Part shown: in pieces, positions 55,021 to 64,000 of the stretch
How positions within the stretch are numbered: the first letter of the stretch is position 1
How the letters are laid out: each line of letters starts with the position of its first letter
Assembly: GCA_964435495.1 (NCBI GenBank)
Contig: CAYSZK010000001.1
Coordinates: forward strand, 66,832 to 130,831
Direction: 5' to 3'
Source: an uncultured Verrucomicrobiales bacterium
GTDB lineage: Bacteria; Verrucomicrobiota; Verrucomicrobiia; JADLBR01; JAIBCM01
DNA length: 64,000 bases
Notes under the pieces: model-generated
Told to the model about the DNA's origin: nothing
The model's input: the letters and a program-made list of their open reading frames with translations, nothing else
The model's database searches: none
Position numbers and translations under genes: made by a program

Positions 55021-55791
55021 ATGAAATTGCGTGGATGGCCGGTGTTGCTGTTTGGGATTTGGGCGGGCGCGGCGCGGGCGGACCTGACCATCATGACGGA
55101 AGTTGTGGTCGAGGGCCAGGCGCCGATGAAGACGACCTTGCAGTTTGGGCAGGGGAAGGCGCGGATCGACGCGGGGATGGCGAGCACGATCCTGTTGCCG
55201 AAGGAGGGCAAGACGATCATGGTGATGCCGTCCAATAAGACGTATTTGGTGATGCCGGGCCTCGCGGAGATGGCGCAGAAGGTGATCGCCGGAAAGAGGG
55301 AGGAGCCGGAGGAGACGCCGCGGGTGACACGGACGGGGAAGAAGGAGACCATCAGCGGGTTTGCCTGCGAGCAGGTGATCCTGACCAAGGCGGACGGGTC
55401 ACGGGAGGAGCTTTGGGTTTCCAGGGAGGCGCCGGAGATGGAGGGGGTGGTGGAGGAATTCGGCAACGCGATGGGGCCGTTGTTTGGCGAGGGCCGGGCG
55501 GCGTGGCGGAAGTGGAACAAGGAGCATCCGGACCTGGCGCATTTTCCCGTGCGCCAAACCGGGTTTGACGCGGCGGGCAAGGAGACGCACAGATCGACGG
55601 TGCAATCGTTCAGCCGGGAACCGGTGCCGGCGTCGGCGTTCGAGCCTCCGGCGGATTACACCGAGCAGGCGATGCCCGCGTTTTCGCTGCCGGGCGCCCA
55701 GGACCTGGACGCGCTGACGGAGAAGGCGGAACAATTGGACAAGATGGCGGAGGAGTTGAAGAAGCGGCTGGAGACGCGGCCGAAGGAGTAG
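55021..55791 (+). CDS. Secreted DUF4412-like protein
   Basis: Signal peptide; TGKKETISGFACEQ and FEPPADY. Confidence 0.7.
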   Translation: MKLRGWPVLLFGIWAGAARADLTIMTEVVVEGQAPMKTTLQFGQGKARIDAGMASTILLPKEGKTIMVMPSNKTYLVMPGLAEMAQKVIAGKREEPEETPRVTRTGKKETISGFACEQVILTKADGSREELWVSREAPEMEGVVEEFGNAMGPLFGEGRAAWRKWNKEHPDLAHFPVRQTGFDAAGKETHRSTVQSFSREPVPASAFEPPADYTEQAMPAFSLPGAQDLDALTEKAEQLDKMAEELKKRLETRPKE

Positions 55792-55836
55792 CGGGCGGGG
55801 GCGCGCGGCGTCGGCGGAGGGGCGGGGAGGCCGGGG

Positions 55837-58167
55837 TTACGGGTTGATGACGGTTTTGTCCGGGGTGAAGGAGGAGTTGGCGGACTTGTCGGGTTCGACG
55901 GGCTGTCCGTGGGATTGGACGGCGGCTTCGACCAGGCGCATTTCCTGGAGGGAAATGAGGAAGGCCAGGGTGGATTCGGCGCCCATATTGAGGTTGAGGC
56001 GGTCGGGGTGGATGGCGTCGCGGCAGCCGCCGGTCGGCGCGTGATAGACGGGGAGGCCGAGATCGTTGCGGCCAAGAAACCAGTCGAAGGCGCAGAAGGC
56101 TTCGTCGAGCCAGGCGGAATCCTGGGAGGTAAGATAGGCTTCCAGGCAGGCGGAAACGGTGGCGCAGGCTTCGAGGGGTTGCTGGTCGAAGCTGGCGCGG
56201 GCGCCGCCGCGGGGCCAGAAGCCGTCGGAGCCGATGGGCCGGAAATAGCCGGGGGCGGCTTTTTGATTGGCGCAAAGCCAGCGGAGCGCGCGATAGGCGA
56301 TGTCCAAGGCTTCCTGGTTGCCGGTCCAGCGACCGCAGAGCAGAAGCGCGTGGGGAAGGCGCGCATTGTCGTAGCTGACGATGTTTTCGAACCAGGGCCA
56401 GTCCTCGGAGGCGGTGGCGCGGAACAGGCCGATGATGCGCTCGGCGAGGATTTCGCGCGTTTGGTTGGCGGCGCGGTCGCCGGAAAGGCGGCGGAGATAT
56501 TCATGGATGCCGAGGAGCGCGAGCGCCCAGGCGCGGGGCGAGGTCAGGGCGGCGGTGGCGTGAAGCGCGCGGTCGAAGAGCTGGGCGGCCCAAATCTGGG
56601 TGTTGCGGTCGGAGGCGCGCCCGACGAGCGTGCCGAGGGCGTGGATGGCGCGGCCGTGCGAGTCGTCGGAACCGCATTCCTCCAGCCAGCGGCGTTCGTA
56701 GCCCATGAAATTGCGGAAGCGCCCGGATTCGGGGGCGAAGGCGTGGTGCAGGAAGGCGGCGTAGTGGGAGGCGAGGCGGCGGATGGCGGGGGAGCTGTCG
56801 CCGGTCTCTTCGAGGAGCACGGTGAGGAGAAGGGCGCGGGCGTTGTCGTCGGTGCAATAGCCGTGGGCGTAATCGGGGATGGCGAGGACGGAGTGTTGGA
56901 GGATGCCTGTGGAATCGGTGAGCGTGTGGAGGTGGTCGAGGCGGATGTCGGGCAGGGCGGGGCGTTCCTGTTCGAGGGAACGGACCGTGAACCGGCGGGG
57001 CGCGGCGGCGCGGGAGGCGCGGGCTTTTTGGAAGGATTCAAAGTAGAGATGGGCGACTTGGTTCCAGACCATTTCGCGGCCCATGAGATAGGCGCGTTTG
57101 CGCATGGCGTTGCGGCGGGCGTCGTCTTCGAGGAGGGCGGACACCTCGCGGGCGAGCGTGGCGGGGTCGGCGAAGGGGACGAGGACGCCGCGGCCATCGG
57201 CGAGGAGTTCCTCGGCGTGCCAGTAGGGGGTGGAGACGACGGCCTTGCCGGCGCCGAAGCAGTAGGCGAGCGTGCCGGAGACGGCCTGGGCGGGGTTGAG
57301 GTAGGGGGTGACGTAGAGGTCGGCGGCGCCGATGAACTCCTTGAGTTCCTCCAGATCGACAAAGCGGTTGTAGAAGGCGACATGCCGTTTCACGCCGAGT
57401 TCGGCGACGAGGCGTTCGAGGGAGAGGCGGTAGGCTTCCCCCTGGTCGCGGACGAGGTTGGGGTGGGTGGCGCCGAGGATGATATAGACGACGTCGGAAT
57501 GGCGCCGGACGATTTCGGGGAGGGCGCGGATCATGTGTTCGACGCCTTTGCCCGGGGAGAGCAGGCCGAAGGTGAGGATGACGCGGCGGCCTTCGACACC
57601 GAACTGGTCCTTGTAGAAGGCGGGATCGACGAAGGGCGTGTCGGGGATGCCGTGGGGGATCAGGTCGATGCGGTCATTTTCCACGCCGTAGATGCCGCGG
57701 AGCATGCCGCGGGCGCGTTCGGTCATGACGACGAGGCGGGCGGAGAGCGCGGCGACCTCGTCGAGGACGCGGCGCTGGTTGCGGTCGGGCTTTTCGAGGA
57801 TGGTATGGAGGGTGGTGACGACGGGGAGGCGCACGTCGCGGAGGAGGGCGAGAAGATGGGCGCCGGCGGGTCCTCCGAAGATGCCGTACTCGTGCTGGAG
57901 GCAAAGGACCTCGGCATGGCTGAAGGTGAGGAAATCGGCGGCGCGCTCGTAGCCGTGGATGTCCTGTTCATTGAACTCGAACCGGACTTCGGGGGGGTAG
58001 TCGTAGCCTTCGGGGCGGTCGTTGACGGCGAGAACCACACATTCCGTGCCGGGGTATTGGGCGGCGACGGCGGTGCGGACGTCGTGGGCAAACGTGGCGA
58101 TCCCGCATTGGCGCGGGACGTAATCGGCCAGGAAGGCGATTTTCTTGGGGGCGCGCAGGCTGGTCAT
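55837..58167 (-). CDS. GT4 glycosyltransferase fused to a six-hairpin glycosidase-like domain
   Basis: PRQCGIATF, QHEYGIFGG, SGTLAY..GAGK; YCTDDNARAL, FDQQPLE and NMGAESTL. Confidence 0.88.
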   Translation of the reverse strand: MTSLRAPKKIAFLADYVPRQCGIATFAHDVRTAVAAQYPGTECVVLAVNDRPEGYDYPPEVRFEFNEQDIHGYERAADFLTFSHAEVLCLQHEYGIFGGPAGAHLLALLRDVRLPVVTTLHTILEKPDRNQRRVLDEVAALSARLVVMTERARGMLRGIYGVENDRIDLIPHGIPDTPFVDPAFYKDQFGVEGRRVILTFGLLSPGKGVEHMIRALPEIVRRHSDVVYIILGATHPNLVRDQGEAYRLSLERLVAELGVKRHVAFYNRFVDLEELKEFIGAADLYVTPYLNPAQAVSGTLAYCFGAGKAVVSTPYWHAEELLADGRGVLVPFADPATLAREVSALLEDDARRNAMRKRAYLMGREMVWNQVAHLYFESFQKARASRAAAPRRFTVRSLEQERPALPDIRLDHLHTLTDSTGILQHSVLAIPDYAHGYCTDDNARALLLTVLLEETGDSSPAIRRLASHYAAFLHHAFAPESGRFRNFMGYERRWLEECGSDDSHGRAIHALGTLVGRASDRNTQIWAAQLFDRALHATAALTSPRAWALALLGIHEYLRRLSGDRAANQTREILAERIIGLFRATASEDWPWFENIVSYDNARLPHALLLCGRWTGNQEALDIAYRALRWLCANQKAAPGYFRPIGSDGFWPRGGARASFDQQPLEACATVSACLEAYLTSQDSAWLDEAFCAFDWFLGRNDLGLPVYHAPTGGCRDAIHPDRLNLNMGAESTLAFLISLQEMRLVEAAVQSHGQPVEPDKSANSSFTPDKTVINP

Positions 58168-58243
58168 GGCGCCAGTGAAGCGCGTTCCGGGCGATGCGCC
58201 AAGCCTTTGCTGCCGGGGCGCGGGCCGCGGGGCCTCTGGGCGG

Positions 58244-59704
58244 TCAACCGGGCGGATGCTTCCGGAGTTCGGCGAGGAGTTCGTCGAGAGGGTAGGTGGC
58301 GAAGGACGAGGCGTGATCGCTCATGGCGTAGGGGAGAATGAGGCGTCCGGCGTGGACCAGGGCGCCGCAGGAATAGACGACGTTGGGAACGTAACCTTCG
58401 CGCTCGGCGCCGTCGGGGGTGAGGATGGGATGGGGAAGGCGCCCGATGACGCGGGAGGGATCGTGGAGGTCGAGAAGGGCGGCGCCGATGGCGTACTGGC
58501 GCATCGCGCCGACGCCATGGGTGAGCAGGAGCCAGCCGTCCGGGGTTTCGATGGGGGAACCGCAGTTGCCGAGCTGGACGAATTCCCATGGGAACGTGGG
58601 GCGCATGAGCAGGCGTTTTTCGTACCAGAAGTGGGGGTGGTCGGAGAACATGAGGAAGATGTTCTCGCCGTCCTGGCGGGAGATCATGGCGTAGAGCCCG
58701 TTGACCTTGCGGGGGAACAGGGCGAAGCCTTTGTTCTCGACCGCCGGCCCGTTGAGCGTGCTGACGCGGAACCGGCAGAAGTCGCGGGTTTCGAGGAGCT
58801 GGGGGAGGATCACCTGGCCGTCGTAGGCGGTGTAGGTGGCGTACCAGGAGGTGGAACGGTCGTCATTGCGGAACGCGACGAAGCGGGCGTCCTCGATGCC
58901 GCGGCTTTCGGCCGGGGTGTGGGGGAAGATGACGCGTTCGGAGATGCGGTCGCCGGACTCGAACTGGATTTCGTAGTTGGCGCGGGCGAGGGCGAGCATG
59001 TGGTGGAGCGTGGCGCGGGCGTCGGCGGTAAGGGCGCGGTTGGTGCGGCGGGCGCGGTCGAGGGCGGCGGCGAGCTCGGGTTGCGTAAAGGTGTCGGGCA
59101 ACGACGCGAGGATGGCCCCGGCGAGCGGATCGAGCAGGCCGAGCTCCTGGAGTTTCTGCGAGAACAGCGGCTTGTCGTAGGCGGGGTCCTGGATCACGTG
59201 GGGCGGACGGACGAGCGGGCTGGGCGGCAGGACTTGAATGGCGCCGTCGGCGGACACGATGCCGGAGCGAAATACGATGGAGGAGATGTGGCCTTCGCCG
59301 GTGGCGCGGAGGCTCAGGACGAAGCGGAGGGCGCCCTTGGGCAGGCCCGACTGGTCCGGATGCGGCACGATGGAAGGGTTGAAGAGCGCGGCGGCTTCGA
59401 TGGAATATTCCAGCGTGAAATGGGCGGCGAGCAGGAGGCGGTGTTCCTCGGCCAGGGGGCGGTCGGTGGCGAGAAAGGGGCGGACCTCCTCGAACCGGGA
59501 GGCGAGCCAGGCGCGAAGATTGGGGTGGCGCGACTCGAACCGGGCCAGGACGGCGCGGGCTTCGGCGCGGGCTTCGGCGTCGGAAAGGGCGCTCACGCGG
59601 GCGACGATGCGAAGGACGCGTTCACGGTTCACGAGTTCGAACGGGCGGGACAGGACGCGGGACTTGTCGGGGAGCAGGACGATGCCGGTGCGGTGGGGTC
59701 TCAC
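58244..59704 (-). CDS. GH130-family glycoside phosphorylase/hydrolase with N-terminal extension
   Basis: ALFNPS, GIEDAR, YTAYDG, NKGFALFP, GNCGSP and GYVPNVVYSCG. Confidence 0.88.
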   Translation of the reverse strand: MRPHRTGIVLLPDKSRVLSRPFELVNRERVLRIVARVSALSDAEARAEARAVLARFESRHPNLRAWLASRFEEVRPFLATDRPLAEEHRLLLAAHFTLEYSIEAAALFNPSIVPHPDQSGLPKGALRFVLSLRATGEGHISSIVFRSGIVSADGAIQVLPPSPLVRPPHVIQDPAYDKPLFSQKLQELGLLDPLAGAILASLPDTFTQPELAAALDRARRTNRALTADARATLHHMLALARANYEIQFESGDRISERVIFPHTPAESRGIEDARFVAFRNDDRSTSWYATYTAYDGQVILPQLLETRDFCRFRVSTLNGPAVENKGFALFPRKVNGLYAMISRQDGENIFLMFSDHPHFWYEKRLLMRPTFPWEFVQLGNCGSPIETPDGWLLLTHGVGAMRQYAIGAALLDLHDPSRVIGRLPHPILTPDGAEREGYVPNVVYSCGALVHAGRLILPYAMSDHASSFATYPLDELLAELRKHPPG

Positions 59705-59816
59705 GGGGGGAGCGTAGCCAATGGACGGGGCGGGCGCCAGCCTTTGGAGAGGCCGGGCGCGGCGTTCCGCGGAAAGTATTCGACGGGCACTTTCCGGGTG
59801 CGCAAGGTTTGGCGCG

Positions 59817-62048
59817 ATGAGCGCGGGCGGATTGGCGGAGGCGGCGGAGAACCGGGCGTTGGAAACCCTGGAGGAGGTGTTCGGGTTCCGTGAATTCCGC
59901 GCGCATCAGGGGGAGATCGTGGACGCCATTTTGGCCGGGCGGGACGTGTTTGCGGTGATGCCGACCGGCGCGGGGAAGAGTCTTTGTTACCAACTGCCGG
60001 CGGTGATCCTGGAGGGAACCGCGGTGGTGGTGAGCCCGTTGATCGCGCTGATGAAAGATCAGGTGGACGGCGCGCGGGAGAACGGAATTCGCGCGGCGTT
60101 TTTCAACAGCACCCTGGGCGCGGAGGAGCGCGGAGAGGTGATGCGGCGGTTGCGGGCGGGGGAGCTTGACCTGTTGTATCTGGCGCCGGAACGACTGTTG
60201 ATGGACGGGTTCCTCGACCGGCTGCGGGCGGGGCCGCTGGGGAGGCCGTCATTTTTCGCCATCGACGAGGCGCACTGCATCTCGGAGTGGGGGCACGATT
60301 TCCGGAAGGATTACCTGGGGTTGGACGCGTTGCGGCGGGAGTTCCCGGAGGCGCCGGTGGCGGCGTTTACGGCGACGGCGACGGCGCGGGTGGGGGAGGA
60401 CATCGTCGGGCGGCTGGCGTTGCGCGAACCGTTCCGGGTGCGGGCGTCGTTCAACCGGGCGAATTTGTTTTACGAAGTCGCCGAGAAGGACGGGGTGCGG
60501 GACCAGATTCTGGAGTTTGTGCGGGGGCAGGGCGGGGCGCCGGGGATCGTGTATCGCGGCACGCGCAAGGACGTGGAAACGACCGCGGCCGACCTGGCGC
60601 GGGCGGGGGTGCGGGCGCGCGGGTATCACGCGGGGATGCCGGACGAGGAACGGACCCGGACGCAGGACGCGTTCTTGGAGGGGGAGACCGATGTGGTGGT
60701 GGCCACGATCGCGTTTGGGATGGGGATCGACAAGCCGGACGTGCGCTTCGTGCTCCATGGCGACATGCCGAAGAACCTGGAGGGCTATTACCAGGAGACC
60801 GGGCGCGCGGGACGGGACGGGGATCCGGCGAAGTGCGTGCTGTTTTACGGGCGGTCGGACGTGATGCTGCAACTGCGGTTCCTGGAGGCGGTCCAGGACG
60901 AGGCCGAACGGAAGGCGGCGTTGGACCGGCTGCGGGCGATGGAACGGTACGCGCTGGGTTCGTCCTGCCGCCGCGCGGGGCTGCTGTCGTATTTTGGGGA
61001 ACGCCTGCCCGAGGGGGCGTGCACCGGATGCGATGTGTGCGCGGACACCTTCGAGGACGTGGACGCCACGCGGGAGGCGCGGATATTCCTGTCGGCTGTG
61101 GCGCGGACGGGGGAGCGGTTTGGGACGGGGCACCTGGTGGATATCGTGACGGGCAAGGAGACGCCGCGGGTGCGGCAATTCGGCCACGACAAACTCAAGA
61201 CGTTCGGCGCCGGGCGGGACATCGCCGCGGACCATTGGCGGGCGCTCTCGCTGGCGCTGCTGGCGGCGGAGGTGGTGGAGGCGGAGGGACGGTTCGGGTC
61301 GCTCCTGCTCACGCCGCGGGCGTGGCGGGTGATGAAGGGGGAGGAGCCGTTCGTGCGCCGGCGGCGCAAGGAACGGCCGCGCCCGGTGTCGCGGTCCGGG
61401 CGGGGCGCGGCGGCCGAAGTGGAGGTCCGGCATCCGGATCTGATGGCGCGGCTGCGGCAATGGCGCCTTGAAACGGCGCGGGCCGAAGCGGTGCCGCCTT
61501 ACATCATCGCGCACGACCGGATGCTCCGCGAGGTGTGCGCGCGCCTGCCGCGGACGATCCAGGATTTGCGGCAGGTGGCGGGCTTTGGCGAACGGAAGGC
61601 GGAGATGTTTGGCGGGGCGATCACGGGGCTTGTGGCGGGGTTCCTGGAGGAGCATCCGGAGGCCAGGGCCGAGGCGCCGCGGGTGGAATTGGAGAGGGCG
61701 GGGCCGCGTTCGGTGAGGCCGACGGCGCTGACCGACACGATCCGGGAAACTCTGCGGCTGGTCCGGGCGGGCATGACCCTTTCCGAAGCGGCGGCGGAGC
61801 GCGGGATGAGCACGACGACCCTGGTGGCGCACATCGACCAGGCGGCGGAGTGCGGGGAGCGCGCAGACCTGGGGCGGGTGGTCGATATGGCGGAGGTGGA
61901 ACGGTTGCGCCCATTTTTCGAGAAACATGGGATGGCGCGTTTGAAACCCGTGGTGGAGGAGGCGGGAGGATTGGAGTACGACACCGCGCGCCTGGCGAGG
62001 GCGGCCTTGCGGATGGGCGGCGCGGAGGGCGGGCGGCCCGGGGATTGA
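59817..62048 (+). CDS. recQ: ATP-dependent DNA helicase RecQ
   Basis: PTGAGKS, DEAHCISEWGHDFR, YYQETGRAGRDG; RQC and HRDC (VPPYII) domains. Confidence 0.96.
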   Translation: MSAGGLAEAAENRALETLEEVFGFREFRAHQGEIVDAILAGRDVFAVMPTGAGKSLCYQLPAVILEGTAVVVSPLIALMKDQVDGARENGIRAAFFNSTLGAEERGEVMRRLRAGELDLLYLAPERLLMDGFLDRLRAGPLGRPSFFAIDEAHCISEWGHDFRKDYLGLDALRREFPEAPVAAFTATATARVGEDIVGRLALREPFRVRASFNRANLFYEVAEKDGVRDQILEFVRGQGGAPGIVYRGTRKDVETTAADLARAGVRARGYHAGMPDEERTRTQDAFLEGETDVVVATIAFGMGIDKPDVRFVLHGDMPKNLEGYYQETGRAGRDGDPAKCVLFYGRSDVMLQLRFLEAVQDEAERKAALDRLRAMERYALGSSCRRAGLLSYFGERLPEGACTGCDVCADTFEDVDATREARIFLSAVARTGERFGTGHLVDIVTGKETPRVRQFGHDKLKTFGAGRDIAADHWRALSLALLAAEVVEAEGRFGSLLLTPRAWRVMKGEEPFVRRRRKERPRPVSRSGRGAAAEVEVRHPDLMARLRQWRLETARAEAVPPYIIAHDRMLREVCARLPRTIQDLRQVAGFGERKAEMFGGAITGLVAGFLEEHPEARAEAPRVELERAGPRSVRPTALTDTIRETLRLVRAGMTLSEAAAERGMSTTTLVAHIDQAAECGERADLGRVVDMAEVERLRPFFEKHGMARLKPVVEEAGGLEYDTARLARAALRMGGAEGGRPGD

Positions 62049-62071
62049 GGCGGTTGTGCGGGCGGGGGGGG

Positions 62072-62713
62072 CTACTCCGGGAGACAGTGGAGTTCGACGC
62101 CGAACACTGCTTCGAGCAGGTCCTTCTTCTTCTGCACGCCGAGCTGTTCGGCTTTCCAGTAGCCGGTGGCGTCCACGCGCAGGACCAGGTTGACGCCGGC
62201 GTCTTCGAGGGTGACGCGCTGGATGCGCTGGACGTGGCCGCGGTCGAGGGCGTCGGCGACGCGCAGGATGCCCGCGAGGCGCCGGACAACCTGGCGCAGG
62301 CCGCGGTCGAGGGCGCGGAATTCGTCGTGATCGCGTTTGGGCAGGGCTTTGCGGTGGTACCGCGCCATGAGGGCTACGACGTGGCGTTCGTGGGGTTCGA
62401 GGGTGCGCCAGGGGTGGGCGAGGATGAGCTGGCAGCCGAGCTTGTGGTGGGCGCGGCCATCGGGCGCCTGGCTCCAGCCGACGTCGTGCAGAAGCGCGCC
62501 GGCCCAGAGCCAGCCGCGTTCAAGCCCGCCGAGGTGGTGGCGCCGTTCGAGCTGGTCAAAGAGCTGCATCGCGAGGCCGGCGACGTGGCGGGTGTGATCG
62601 GGCTCGTTTTCGTAGCGGTCCAGGAACGCGGCCACTTCGCGGCTGGCGCGCTGTTGAAAGCGCTCGAAGAGCGGCGCGGGCGGACGGCGGGCTGTACGGG
62701 GCCGGGCGGTCAT
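62072..62713 (-). CDS. Stand-alone HD-domain protein (Ppx/GppA C-terminal type)
   Basis: HTRHVA, LLHDVGW, HHK, ARYHRK and LRVADALDRGH. Confidence 0.85.
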   Translation of the reverse strand: MTARPRTARRPPAPLFERFQQRASREVAAFLDRYENEPDHTRHVAGLAMQLFDQLERRHHLGGLERGWLWAGALLHDVGWSQAPDGRAHHKLGCQLILAHPWRTLEPHERHVVALMARYHRKALPKRDHDEFRALDRGLRQVVRRLAGILRVADALDRGHVQRIQRVTLEDAGVNLVLRVDATGYWKAEQLGVQKKKDLLEAVFGVELHCLPE

Positions 62714-63666
62714 GGCTCGATTTCCCCGGCGCTCATGGCGGCGGCGATGCCGTAGCGAAGGCCGCGATGCGTGACGAACACGCGTCCGTGGCCCATGGCG
62801 CGAAAGGCCGCGAGGTAGGTGAGTCCGCCGGCCACAATCACGTCCGCGCGGGAGTCGGGGATGCCGGGTGTGGCGCGGATTTGTTCCAGAGTCATGGCGG
62901 CCAGTTCGTCCACGAGCGGCGCGAGGCGGGCGGAAGCGAGCGGGAACGGCACGCCTTCGCGCATGCGGTCCCAAAATTCGGGATCGATGGCGTTGGCGAG
63001 GGCGCAGATGGTTCCGCCGGTGGCGGCCATGGCGGGGGCGGCGCCAAAGTGCGCGATGAGCGGCTGGAACGCAGCGGCGAGGTGGGCATCGAGGTTTGCC
63101 CGGTCGGCGGCCGGGACGGGGCGGCGGGAAAGGAACAGGTCGGTCATCCGGACGCAGCCGACGTTGAGGCTGGCCTTTTGGCGGATGGCGCCGGGGACGC
63201 CGCGCACGAACTCGGCGCTGCCGCCGCCGAGGTCCATGACCAGGATTTCATGGCCGCCAGGCATGCCTGGGGCGGTGGCGGCGCCGCGGAAGACGAGCGC
63301 GGCCTCCTCCTCCCCGGACAGGACCCTGAACCGGAGCCCGGTTTCGTCGCGCACGAGTTTGGCGAAGAGTTCCCCATTGGCGGCGGAGCGGACGGCGCTG
63401 GTGGCAAAGACGGCCGGGGGCGAGGCGCCGGCGTCTTCCGCCTGGGACTTGAAATCGCGGAGCACGGCGAGTCCGCGTTCCATGGCGGGGGCGGCGAGGC
63501 GCCCCGATTTCTGTGCGCCCTCGCCGAGGCGGCAGGGCACGCTGCGGTCCAGAACGGTGAGGAACCCCCCGCTGGGGGCGGGTTCGGCGACGATGATTTT
63601 AAAGGTGTTTGTTCCGGCGTCGATGGCGGCGAACCGGCCGGGGGGCGGGCCCGCGGGCATCACCAT
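62710..63666 (-). CDS. ppx: Ppx/GppA exopolyphosphatase (ASKHA domains only)
   Basis: IDAGTNTFK, ATSAVRSAANG, SGEEEA, DLGGGSAE and GLRYG; start could be 63660, 63663 or 63666. Confidence 0.9.
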   Translation of the reverse strand: MVMPAGPPPGRFAAIDAGTNTFKIIVAEPAPSGGFLTVLDRSVPCRLGEGAQKSGRLAAPAMERGLAVLRDFKSQAEDAGASPPAVFATSAVRSAANGELFAKLVRDETGLRFRVLSGEEEAALVFRGAATAPGMPGGHEILVMDLGGGSAEFVRGVPGAIRQKASLNVGCVRMTDLFLSRRPVPAADRANLDAHLAAAFQPLIAHFGAAPAMAATGGTICALANAIDPEFWDRMREGVPFPLASARLAPLVDELAAMTLEQIRATPGIPDSRADVIVAGGLTYLAAFRAMGHGRVFVTHRGLRYGIAAAMSAGEIEP

Positions 63667-63995
63667 TTCTCGGCAACGGAATGAATCTCGCCGATGAGAT
63701 CATCGATTTTCTTGATGTCCTTCCGGCGGCCCTTTTCGGGCTTGGTTTGAAGCGAACGGATTTGGGCGAGCATATCCCGGATGTCGCGGTGATGGGACGG
63801 GGTGAGATCGTCTTCGGCGGCAAGGCGGCGGACGGCGTCGGCGATCTGGCCGACTTCGCCGTCGAGGCGCCCGACATACGCGTCCACGATATCGCGGAGA
63901 AGGGACTTCAGCGTGTCGAGTTCGGCGAGAAGGTGGCGCACGGGGAGATTGTCCCCCGACGCAGGGCGTTTCGAGGCTGGCTTGCGTTCGGCCAC
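63660..63995 (-). CDS. Small helical hypothetical protein
   Basis: 111 aa amphipathic helices; stop overlaps the ppx start; true start may lie near or beyond the window edge. Confidence 0.7.
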   Translation of the reverse strand: MAERKPASKRPASGDNLPVRHLLAELDTLKSLLRDIVDAYVGRLDGEVGQIADAVRRLAAEDDLTPSHHRDIRDMLAQIRSLQTKPEKGRRKDIKKIDDLIGEIHSVAEKW

Positions 63996-64000
63996 GATGC

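Noticed and set aside
1-64000. CRISPR arrays, rRNA/tRNA, integrase, transposase or prophage genes
   Set aside because: No regularly spaced repeats, RNA-gene signatures or recombinase motifs found by eye; a tRNAscan/Infernal run is needed to exclude small RNAs

Overview
High-GC (about 70%) bacterial chromosomal segment. Gene order and content (rplY-pth-rpsF-ssb-rplI, sulfatase, PA14 protein, Pkn2-type kinase) suggest the PVC superphylum, probably Verrucomicrobiota; this is an inference. It is mostly housekeeping: nuoB-H, recN, a sugar-catabolism operon, coaB, ftsB, a ribosomal cluster, gspDE, lipA/sufT, wecA/epimerase, galK, purD...glyA...purC, sseA-sufE, GT4/GH130, recQ and a split ppx. Small toxin-like modules are interspersed (Uma2 inside nuo, PIN plus small ORF, hicBA). 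I found no tRNA, rRNA, CRISPR array, integrase or transposase. Best novelty candidates: (1) a coupled gene pair at 21432-24613, a membrane Ser/Thr kinase with a C-terminal OB-fold followed by a 617-aa helical protein ending in a RelE-like domain; (2) an LMW-phosphatase/RpiB/GlyA triple fusion in a purine operon that also carries two exported-looking pseudoenzymes; (3) an AlkP-TPR-sulfotransferase beside a GT-C-like membrane protein; (4) a hairpin-bounded structured intergenic element at about 27.0-27.2 kb; (5) a 1.25-kaa PA14 protein gene with inverted GC skew. All calls come from reading motifs by eye with no database searches. Several starts were moved downstream of the ORF-track start.
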